DNA of 64,000 nucleotides from Mobula hypostoma (lineage: Eukaryota), in NCBI RefSeq assembly GCF_963921235.1, contig NC_086109.1, forward strand, positions 24,740,001 through 24,804,000, read 5' to 3'. Under the pieces are notes generated by a model that saw only the letters and a program-made list of their open reading frames with translations, was not told the DNA's origin and searched no databases. The translations under genes were made by a program, and so were the position numbers. Shown piece by piece: positions 49,526-60,699 of this stretch. Every line of letters starts with the position of its first letter. Within the stretch, counting starts at the first letter, position 1.

Positions 49526-50539
49526 AAAAAGTTTTAGCCGTTTACCATGTAAAATGATTTTTTTACATTCCCTTTAGTTCTTTTGTGAGTTGCCTTAAAT
49601 CTGTGCCCTCTTCAGTTAATGGAGTAAATGTCTCTATCTACACATTAACACCTCAATCAAATCTTCTCTTAGCCTTCTCGACCCAGCTTCTCCAGTCTCT
49701 TTTGATATTCTTGTACTCTTGTATTCTTGTTCCCACTCACCTGGCTCCCAGTTGAAAGACTGAACCTGGATAAAGTATGCAATATCCTGATTGTAAGTTC
49801 AGTAAGTAGATATACTACAAAATGCCATCTCAGACTCTGTGTAACTGAATCATTAAGCCCTCAGAGACAATAGCCAAATAGACAAGCAAATTAATTGACA
49901 CAAATTTGAGGAGTGTGTTTGTTGCAGTGTTATGAGCGTAATCACAGCAAGCTGTGGGATGTTGAACCCATGCAGAATAATATTAGGAGGTGATCGAAAT
50001 GAGAATTGTGAGGGGCCTATTTATACCTGACAATTTCTTGTCTTCTGAGCAGCATCCATTATTCTTCAGCTCTGCCCAGATGAGATCCACAATGAGCCAC
50101 TAAATAGTGTGGCCTAAAACAAACAGACTTGATTGCTCACAAGATGAGATGCCTAGAACTTCCTAATGACACATTATTTTAATATCTTATGTTTTCTGGA
50201 TAAAGAAGTAAATGGAATTACAGCGGCTACCTATGACTTGTGGATTATAAGACCATAAGATTTAGGAGTTGAATTAGGCCATTTGGCCCGTCGAGTCTAC
50301 TCCGCCATTTCATCATAGCTGATCCAATTTTCCTCTCAGCGCCATTCTCCTGCCTGATCTCCTGATTATGAGCTGTGTCATTTTAGAGAGCAGAATATCT
50401 CAATCTTAATCCTCCAATTTTAAAAGTGCCTTATGGAACGACCGTCAGATCATCGGCCAGAACTTCATTTCCATTCACAGAACCATTTCACGCTGCAGAC
50501 TCTCATCATCAATGCTTCCAGAACCCATGCAGTTAGGGT

Positions 50540-52735
50540 GACCTTCCTTACCAACTCAAGAGCATGAACGTTGTTGGAGAATCAGCCTATGTGTTGCTTA
50601 AGAGCCTCCAATCATCCATGCATCAAACGCCTACTGTGTCCAGGAAAATGGTAGCAACATGTTGAAATGAGGGATCTTCTATCTGGTAAACTCTCCTTGG
50701 CCTCTCATTTCAGCACTATAGCCTGACTCACTCTCTCATTCTTCTCCACATGTGGACACCTCTATGCACACAGGAGACTCTTGTGGATTCTAGCGCGCAC
50801 ACTTCTAGACATGACTCGGTGTCTGAAGCTTGGACTCCCTACCAAGGCTCTCACCCCTTCCGCATCAAGGCAAGTGACGGATGACCCTTGGGGTCTGAGA
50901 TGGTCAGAACATGCATACAACCTGTGCACATGAGCTTCAGAGAGCACTGTGAGTCCATCAAATTCCTCCTAATCGATTCACCCAGATCTCCTCTCATCCT
51001 GGGTTGTCCCTGGTTCTCCACTCATGACTCTCACTTCACCCGGTCATCCAGTTCTGAGCTACTGCCCACCTGCCTGTAACCTCAGCTAACTTCACTCCAT
51101 AAATCCACAGACACGGAGGAAACTCTCAACCTCCCCAAATTCCCACAGGAATACTACAACCTCAGTGAAAGGGAAGACAGGACCCAGCCGCCTCACAGAC
51201 CATACAACTGCACAATCAATATCCTCCTGGGCACAACCCTTCCCCGAGGTCATCTGTTCTTCCTCTCTCCTCCTGAGACCCAAGCCATCAACGACTACAT
51301 CACCAAATCATTACTGCATGGCTTCATTCAACCATCTCAGTCCCCAGTTGGTGCAGAATTCTTTTTTGTCAAGAAGAAAATAGGGGTCTTTGTTCCTGCC
51401 TTGACTACCTTAGACTCAACAAAATCACCATTAAGTATTGTTACCTTCTTCCTTTGGTGGATAGCTCATTTGAAACACTCTGGAGGGCCCAGATATTCAT
51501 CAAACTGGATCTATGGAGCACATACAACCTGATCCATATCCGCCAGGAAGAAGAATGAAAGACAGTGTTCATGACACCCTCTGGCCACTAAGAATACTTC
51601 GTGATTCTTTTCAGACTTCCCAACAGTCCAGCTTTCCAAACCTTCATGACTGAGATCCTGAGATACATCCTACATAGGTATGTGTTTGTCTACCTCGATG
51701 ACATCCTCTTTTTTGTCCAAGGACCCTAAGACCACATCTGTCACATCCCTTCAGTCTGTCTGCATCTCATCAAAAACCAACTGTACTGCAAGACAGAAAA
51801 ATCCAGTTCCACAGCCCAGTCATTTCCTTCCTGGGTTACGTCCATCCAGCTCAAGGCATAGCCATGGATCCAGAAAAGGTGTGTACCTCATAACCATATG
51901 AGACCTGCCAACTCAACCCACGTCAGGCTGGCTGGGCCCTCTTCTTTGAGCAATTCACCAGCTCCTACCAACCCAGCTTCAAGACCACTGAGGCCAACGG
52001 CCTGTCATGATAGTTTGACCCAGCTGAAACTGAGATCAAAGTTCAAAGTTCAATGTATATTTATTATCAAAGAATGTATAAATTATAAAACCTTGAGATC
52101 TGTGTGCTTACAGACAATCGCAAGGAACCCAAAAGAACCTAATTTTTAAAAAAAGACCGACCTCCAATGCGCACAGAGAAAGAGAGAAAAAAAAACAAAT
52201 CGTCCAAACAACAGAAGTGAGCAACAACAACAGTATTCCAGACCAAATTGAGTCCTTAGATCCAGATCCCCAGAGCAGCCCAGAGCAGGCCCAAAGTCTC
52301 GGTATTCAGTTCATCATATTAGTAGGGCAAGTTGCTGCAAAGTTCACAGACATGAAGCACAGCAGCCGGGGGCAGTCTCACGGACATAGTATCACAAGGA
52401 GAGGGGGACGGCGTTTTGAATTGTCCAAACAGTGAATTGTGCCTTGCGTTAGGGCCTTGGCCTTGCCGTGGTGAATCACTTGAAGCCTACAACACGCCAC
52501 CCAGCAATTGTGGACCTGGATTTCACTGCTGAAGAAGCTGTCCTCAGCCTCTCCAAATCAGCTCGGCACTTAGAGTGACTCTGCTTCCGGTGGTCCATCA
52601 GCTGTACATCAGTCTGACGCTGCCTGCCCTCTACGTGCCCAGTCCAGGTTCTCTAACCAGCAACTCTCTGGGCTCTTGCAGTGCCTACCAGTACTCCGAC
52701 ACCTATGGTCCCTCATCACCATGGATTTCACCTTT
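50540..52735 (+). mobile_element. Decayed sushi/chromovirus-like Ty3/Gypsy pol remnant
   Basis: Protease (SPLILGCPWFSTHD), RT (SPVGAEFFFVKKK; IFIKLDL; YVFVYLDDILF), integrase start (GLLQCLPV...WSLITMDF); stops and deletions. Confidence 0.85.
52036..52570 (-). mobile_element. Unclassified retroposon inserted in the Gypsy remnant
   Basis: (AAAGTTC)n tail then TTTATT on the plus strand; Gypsy homology resumes near 52580. Confidence 0.55.
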
Positions 52736-53809
52736 TGTAACTAATTAGATGAATGGCTTATGTTAGAATGTTCTCCATTAGATAGTCCAGCCACACACAG
52801 GAACATACAACTGCAAAGGGTGGATCTAAGAACAACCCTTTCTAGGGAGAGCACTCTCAGATGTGGACGTTAAAATCTGATTGTCAGTGGTTCCATCAGG
52901 TGGGAGCCAGGGATCGCCATTCGTCCAACTTTGGTTAAAACTGGAAGTAAGTTAATATCATTGGAGAGGTTGTTCAAGATCTGTTTTTTGGAATCCAGAC
53001 AAATAGTGCTAGATTTGTAGTAATTTCTGAGCCTTTTTCTATGAGCAAACGCAACTTGATACTGACATGCCTGAGAGGTGCAGGGATTTCACAGGAAATA
53101 AGCTGTATCATTGTTTGTTCTCACTCAGCACATCCCCCTGCAGTACTGGAGACTTGCAATCCACCACTGCACTGGAGATGCATAGCTCATTTGTGGTGTG
53201 TCCTTTAACATTTCTTTAATTCTAAAATGTCTTCCTGTAGGCAAAAATCTGGCAATGTACTATCAGAAATTTCAGTCAGGGTTTGAAACAAACCAACTGA
53301 ACTTTGTTAGATAATCACCAGTTCCATTATACAAGAGAAGAGCATTTTAGAAATGGTGGTGAATGGAAGACTAACATTATTTCTACTAAATCCACTGTGA
53401 TATTGTTACCATCCTATTAAGGGAAATTTTGCTAATGGACAATCCTCTCCACCTACCATGTATGGAATAGAAACAAATCGTTACAAAGCATCTCTTCAGC
53501 TGGACAACAAAGTATGTGCCACGTATCAAATCTTGTCTGAACCGCAACTAAAGAAGATCCAACCTGTCAACATCAAGCTGGTGTAGACAGCAAATTGTAC
53601 AACTCAATGTTTAGCATTCATGATGTGTTCTCTGCCATTTGTATGTCAGGCACTGAGTAAAGCAAAGATTGGATGCTGCCCATTTGCCAACCACTGATAT
53701 TGTGCTTCTTGCTTCGGATTCTGAATAGAGACACCTGTTAGCAGTGGGTGTACTATGAAAGCATGCTTCCCACAACATGGGAAGGAGATTCCTTTAGCTT
53801 ATGCAGCAT

Positions 53810-54090
53810 AGCGGCTATTGCAATACTTTAACAGTGCCCGCCGTACAATCGGGATTCAATTCCTGCAGCTGACGGTAAGAAGTTTTTATGTTCTCCCCGT
53901 GGCCTTGTGCATTTCCACCGAGTGATCCAGCTTCCTTTCACATTCCAAGGGCTTACAGCTCGGGCATGCCACCTTGGTGCCAGAAGCATCATGATGATAC
54001 CTTTGCCCAGGACAATCTTCGCTGATTTGATTTGACACAAAATGGCGTATTTTGCTGTATGTTGCAATGTTACATATAAAGTTAATCTTT
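53810..54090 (+). mobile_element. V-SINE
   Basis: GGATTCAATTCC B box, GTTCTCCCCGTG domain, ATAAAGTTAATCT tail. Confidence 0.7.
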
Positions 54091-57000
54091 ATCGTGCTTT
54101 CACTGTCTGGACTATTCTAGAGGAACCCTGCTGTACTTAGCAGAGCAAGTATCAAGGTGTAAGGGGTCCCACCTTTGTATCATCAGATGACAGCCTCTGC
54201 TATCAGCTGAAGCAAGAGAATGAGGACGGGGGTGGGGGGGGCGGTCAAAGGAAAAGACGTAATTCAGAAAGCATCAATCTGCCCAAGTGTTCACGTAAAG
54301 TTCATATCAGAATAATTTCAGTTAAAGCAACCAGATGTGATGACATCAGGGACTGGGGCATGATATGGGAACTTTGAATTCCATGACTAGATTCCAAGGT
54401 GAGTATTTCCCTGGCTGTACATCATTCTGAGTACCTGCTCCTTATTTCAATTTCATTGTGGGTGGCCCTGTATACTAGACAAGCCAAAAGCTGCAACACA
54501 GACTACAATTAATACATCACAACATCAGTGTCTTTCCCCCCTGCCCTAGTGTTAAGCCATCTGTATCTCACAGTGTACAGATCACCCCACTGAGCCACCC
54601 ACAGTGTAACAATCTGAGCCAATGGTTATGCTTGCGTGATCAATTTATTCTTTGTGTTCCTTATTATATGTGAACTCTTCTTGGTGTTATGGTGTGCTTC
54701 AGAATGTTTTTCTCTTAGCTATTAAAACCATGGTTTGTTCCTTTCAACCAATTAAATAAGCCAATTAAATGATCCTGTTCCCCAGAGTTTTGTTAATGAT
54801 GCTGATGGTATCCTTCGATGCCAGTATTGCTGGATGTGCTGATTTCATTTCTTGACCATTAAAGAGTCTGAGCTGGAAAATTAGAATAAGGCTCGATATG
54901 GGTACAATTGCGTGAAAGTCTGACCTAATACAATACTCGGAACAACCAGAATGTCACTCTGCTGAGAAATCCTCTCCAATAGATGTTTTGAGACTGAAGG
55001 CAAAACTGTCATAGCTTTATCAACACCCAGATGTCAAGCTCACAACTAGTGGATCTCCCAGAAATGGTGATCAGTAAATGGAGAAAGAGTCAGTGGAAAT
55101 GTAGAGATGTGGAGTGAGAAAAGGGGGGGGGGGGAAGAAAAGTGAAAGAGGGGAAAGACAGTGATAGAACAAGTGTAAAAATGGTGAGGGAGATAAAAAG
55201 ATAGGGAAAGGTTGGAAGAGATAGAACAAGTGACAGAGAAAAGAGGAGAGAAGGAAAAATAAGAGATCAGCTGCACGGATAGTGGACGGATAATGTTATG
55301 ACAGGTGATCGTTCAATTCTCCTCTATGCTTCAATTACTTGATATCAAGGTGGAGAGTCAATCCCTTTAAGTGGTTTGGTAAAGTCAAATGCTTTGATAC
55401 TGTGTTGAGTAGTATGGCTATGTAGAAGCTTAAAGCATTAAATTATAGAGTTACATCTCTAATGAATGGTAAATAAAGGAATATCTGGTAAAAAGGGTTT
55501 ACTTTTCATAACCACATAGCATCAAGTTCATCCCGAAGTTTATCTTTCGCAAGTGACTGTGTGTTGGTAAATATCCACAGATTTGTAATGTGAAATAACT
55601 TGCTCAAAATCCTGGAAATGGTCCAGAGTCCCTAATTCTAAACATTTTACTGGAGGCAACTTTGAAGAGCAGCAAAACCCCATGAATCAATGACTTTTTT
55701 CCTTATATATATCATTTTATTATCTACCTAACAAGGAAAACCTAAGTTAGCTTTGTTTATTTATTTTTTTTGTATTTTTAACTTTAAATTTAATACATTG
55801 AGTTTTGGAGAATTTGGAAAAGATTCCAATAATCAGGATTGAGGAACTGAAGTGGGAAGGAACTATTTCGCTCGGTGTGTGTGTGGCCCCATTACATGCA
55901 AATGTTTCCGAAGGCTTCACATACAGCAATCAGAACCATTCATCCTTCATACGGTTTAATATCAATGAGCCATATAAACCAGTATGGTCCTCGTCCAAGA
56001 TGAATTCAGAAAGCAAGTGAAGCTAGGACCACTGAGTCATCCTTGAGTTACCATATACGTAGGGAATGCTTCAAATTACCTGGAGTTGCTCGCGGTGCTA
56101 AAGTCATGCTTAGTTTCAAATTGTGAAAATGTCTGCATATCTGTGCCTGGTGCTATTATTGTCTGCATCAAAGTACTGTATGTCTGCATGGGTCTGTATA
56201 AAAATACGTCCATGTATGCATATTTAACTGTTTTTGGATCGCACTCATGTAGTCTGTGTGACTGTGATGTGTGTGTGTGTATGTGTGTTTGTGTACCTGT
56301 GTCAGCGTAATCAGAGTTAATGTGACCAGCAGATATAACTTCTGTAGAAAAGCAATTCAACTTTCCTTGCCACAGTATAACAGATCTGGAAATGGAAATA
56401 TAGTTCATTCCATCTAACTGGGTATGCAAAGGCTAAGTTCCTTTGAAAGTGGTCAGCTTCCCTTCACTTTTTAAAAATTTGATATTCTCATTTCAACTTC
56501 TGTAAATCATAAAAAAGGAAATTGGCGGAAGACTGAAAAGGATCAGGAAGAGATATTCGGAGCAGAGAGTTGGGAGAGGCTGTACCACTCAATAAGAGGG
56601 GTGGAGAAATTCAAAGAAAATAACAAAATGTTTCTTCGGCCTCATTGTGAGGTTTGGCACCTAGACACATACCATTTGAACAACATCATAAACCACATCC
56701 AGACAGATATTCTCCTAAAGGATATTTGCTGACTTGGGAAAGAGAGGTTTAATAAAAAGACAACTTTGATAAATGTGTTGCTCCTCAGGAAAATATTATC
56801 AATAAGAATCAAGTAATGTGAGGAGGAGGGGAAAGATGGACAGAGAATCAAATAAAACCCTAATCTTTCAAAATGGTCAAGTAATTGACTTTTAGAGTCA
56901 GCCTTCATCCTTTATTACTTAACGACAGCGCACAATATTGGAAAAATGAGGCAGGACTTGGAACAGCCATGAGTTGCAAAATAAAGAACATGTGATATGT

Positions 57001-57408
57001 GATACCAATTAAACCTTCACCCCTCCCCTCCAGCCCTTTCCACAATCCAGAGCTGTAACTTTGCCATTTTGAGGAGAGTAATTGGAACAACATTAATGGA
57101 ACATTATTTAATTTTGAAATAGGACCTGGAATCTGTCCGCTTTGTTGGGAGCAGTATGAACAATTATCACATGATGGTGGAAGAAATCCATAGGGTTTCA
57201 GACTGCGTATCTAAAGAGGTTGAAGAAGAGATTTGTTCGAAAGGGATCAGGGACCCAAACACAATTATGTGGAGAAATGTTGGGGGAAGGGGAGGTGTGG
57301 ATAGAATTCTCCTCTGAGCAAAAGGCAGATTTAATAGAAATCTTCAAAATCGGGAAGGTTTTGATAGCTTTGAAGGGAGAGTCTGGAATACAGATAGAGT
57401 ATGTTGGA

Positions 57409-57550
57409 AACACAAGAGATTCCAGCAGATGCTAGAAAACCGGAGCATTACACATGAAATACTGGAAGAACTCAGCAGGTCAGGCAGCATCTATATCGAG
57501 GGATGAAGAGTCAACATTTCAGGCCAGGACCCTTCATTAGGACTGGGAAG
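57409..57550 (-). mobile_element. Short PLE-derived insertion
   Basis: Minus strand CAGTC-CTAATGA-AGGGTCCTGGCCT-GAAATGTT-GACTC (decayed hammerhead motif) plus the family terminus. Confidence 0.8.
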
Positions 57551-57618
57551 TATAGCAGACTTCCTTCCCTATAGGCCTTTAATGAACCAGATAGAATTGT
57601 AAAGCAACCAGGCAGCCT

Positions 57619-57863
57619 GTGTTGGGCACGTGGCCAAGTGGTTAAGGTGTTCGTCTAGTTATTTCAAGGTCGCTAGTTCGAGCCTCAGCTATGGCAGTGT
57701 GTTTGTGCCCTTGAGCAAGGCACTTAATCACACATTGCTCTAGTGTCTGTGCGAGGAGTGGTGCCCCACATAGACTTCCAATCTGCGCCTTGTAAGGCAT
57801 GAAAATGTCCGACGCAGGCCTCTCATGGTCTGAGTCGACGTTCCCTTCCCTCGACGTTGCCTC
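57619..57863 (+). mobile_element. tRNA-head SINE with CORE-like segment and a different tail
   Basis: A box TGGCCAAGTGG, B box AGTTCGAGCC, CTTGAGCAAGGCACTTAA; 11-bp TSD CCAGGCAGCCT/CCAGGTAGCCT (57608-57618, 57864-57874). Confidence 0.88.
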
Positions 57864-58377
57864 CCAGGTAGCCTAGTGGTCTCTATTAGAGACACCATCT
57901 TTTTTTATTCCAGACTTATTTAACCAACTGTGTTACATTTCCCAGCTGTTTTCAGTATGATTTTGAACACATGCCTTTGGACAATTATTCCTGGTCTTGA
58001 AAATAGGTCTTGTAACACAAAAACAGTTCTATCACTCCCATACCAAACTTCAACCTCTTAAACAAGATTAAGAAGCAGTCTTAACAAATTGTTATTTCCT
58101 GGAGTTCTACTTGGTTTTTACTTCTTAGGCCTCAGTACACATCCAAACTCACAATTACTATAGAGTCATAGCATCCAGAAGAAGTTCATCCAATCTATTT
58201 TCACTCATACCTTGTTCCTTATTCTTCACCAAGTTCCTTTTTTTTCATATAAAACAACATAGCGCCAGCTATTGAATGCATAAGCTTTTCCTGGGCTTCC
58301 TGCCAAGTCCAGGTATTGAAGCCACCACATTGGTTCTGTAGAACTTAATGTCCTTACTTTAAAGACATCTAACACAC

Positions 58378-58555
58378 GGTGGCACAGTGGTGCAGCAGCA
58401 GACGTCCAGATTCAATTCAGTGTTCCAGTGCTGTTCATGTGGAGTTTGCAAGTTCTTTCTGCTACAACATGAGTTTCCTTTTGGCATCCTGGCTTTTACA
58501 CCGACATCTCAATGTTGGGTAGGTTAATTGGTGATGGTAATTTGTCCTTACTGTA
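58378..58555 (+). mobile_element. Decayed V-SINE
   Basis: GGTGGCACAGTGGTGCAGC head, GTGGAGTTTGCAAGTTCT. Confidence 0.55.
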
Positions 58556-59025
58556 ACTGGAAGGTGGAGGAATCAGGATGCATTTGAGAGAGGATAAGGT
58601 TAGAGGGAAGTAAGTAAGGGGAATGGGATTGCTCTGAGACCTCGTAGATACTTGATCAGTTGAATAAGCTCTCCCTGTCCACAACCCACCCATTGACACC
58701 AAACTCAGCAACAATTTGGGAGAAGAGAGATCTAGACTACATTATCAATGTGAAGGTTATCACTGAATATCCTTTATGGCAGTGCATTCCAGTTTTATTT
58801 TCTATTTTCTCACCTACAACAACCTCCCCTAAACCCATCCCACCTTAGAAAGTTCCTGAAGTCCTACCTATTTACTCTTGACCCCGGTGCCCTTTATTTT
58901 CCCTTAATCTAATTCTCCTTTCTCAAGGCTATTATACTGTTTGGTTCATTTGGATACAGAATTCTACACAGTGGTCAGACCTGGTCAGGCCATAATGCAG
59001 TACTCAGGTGAATGAAAGCAATATA

Positions 59026-59572
59026 CACCCAGAGGTCACTTTACTTGGTAGCCCCTGGACCTAATAAAGCGGCCACTGAGTGTATGTTCATGGTCATCTA
59101 CTGCTGTAGCCCATCCACTTCAAGGTTTGACATGTTCTGCTTTCAGAGATGCTCCTCTGCTCACCACCGTTGCATCGCATGGTTATTTGAGTTACTTCTA
59201 CCTTCTTGTCAGCTTGAACCAGTCGGCGATTTCCTCTGGCCTCTCTCATTAACAAGGCACTTTCACCCATAGAACTCCCACTGACTGGATTTTTTTGCTG
59301 TTGTTTATTGAACCATTCTCTGGAAACTCTAGGAGATTAGCTGTTTCTGAGATACTCAAACCATCCCGTCTGGCACCAGCAATTATTTCACAGTCAAAGC
59401 CACTGAGATGACATTTCTGCCCCATTCTGATGTTTGGTCCAGACAACAACTGAACTGTTTGACCGTGACTGTGTGCTTTTACGCACTGAGTTGCTGCCAC
59501 ATAATTGGCTGATTAGGTATTTGCATTAATGAGTAGGTATACAGATGTACCTAATAAAGTGGCCACTGTATG
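59026..59572 (-). mobile_element. Non-autonomous Tc1/mariner element
   Basis: TA-flanked TIRs, colinear with 36235-36760; ORF 59249-59500 has the HTH remnant LSISETANLLEF. Confidence 0.85.
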
Positions 59573-60024
59573 TATAGCCAATGCAGTGCACTAAATCTTG
59601 CTCCTCCCATAACAAGGACATTTATTAGCAACACTTAAGTGATGAAACAGCAGTTACAGTAAAAGAAGAAAATTATGGTACGTTAGAAACAGGCAGTTGG
59701 TAATTAAGATTCAATCATATCATCTTGACCTTACAGTAAACCTTCATTATCCTAGTTCTGTCAAATGAAACATCAAAATTACAAAATCCACCTCAGTGAG
59801 CAATGTTCAAAAGACATCTTAGCAGCCTTAGCAATCTGTCATTCTGTGGGATCAGACTGTGCAAAATATGGACACATTATTTTGTAGATATCTCAGTTCC
59901 CACCCCTTCCACTCCACCCCTCTCTCCTCTGACAGCAGCCCATGTTGGGTTATTAATAGATTTTCCAAACTGGCCTTTCCCAAATAAACTCAGAGGCCAC
60001 TTTATTAGGGACATCTCTGTACAG

Positions 60025-60242
60025 AATCAGAGTCAGGTCTAATATCACCAGCATAAGTCATGAAATTTGTTAATTTAGCATCAGCATTACATGATAAATA
60101 TAGAAAAAAAATCAAATACAGTAAGTAAATCAAATATTTAAAAATAGTGCAAAAACAGGCATAATTTTAAAAGTGAGGTAGTGTTCATCGATTCAGTGTC
60201 CATTTCGGAATCAGATGGCAGAGGACATGAGGTGTTCTCGAA
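60025..60242 (-). mobile_element. Rex/Babar-like 3' UTR fragment
   Basis: Colinear with 1713-1975. Confidence 0.75.
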
Positions 60243-60605
60243 TAAAAAGGTGGGGGGGAGGGAAAGATTGATAGATCGAATGCGGCAGGTGAAGTCAGGT
60301 GGCTGGGAAAGGTAAGGAGAATGGATCATGGGAGAAAGAGAAGGAGGAGGACTACCAGGGGGAATTGATAAGGCAGGTGAGAAGCGGTAAGAGTCCAGAG
60401 TGAGGAATAGAAGACGAGGAGAGGGGGAGGGAAATGTTTTTAAACGAAGGAGAAACCGATATTCATGCCAGCAGGTTGGAAGCTACCCAGATAGAATATA
60501 TGTTGCTCCTCCACCCTGAGGGTAGTCTCATGATGGACAAGAAGAAGCCATGGACCAACATGTTGGAACAGGAATGGGAATCAGGATTAATATGTTGGGC
60601 CTCCA
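60243..60605 (-). mobile_element. Penelope-like 3' fragment
   Basis: Colinear with 28170-28535; minus strand LRVEEQHI...LGSFQPAGMNI. Confidence 0.8.
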
Positions 60606-60699
60606 GGATGATGACCTGCCCGACGAACATGTTGTGCCTTCAGAAATATGAGGTCCCAATGGGTTGGTGTGGTGATACCAGCGCTATCTATCTAAGCTA

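Noticed and set aside
57619..57700. Functional tRNA gene (also 41085-41156)
   Set aside because: No proper acceptor stem or poly-T terminator; continues into a SINE body and is bounded by TSDs.
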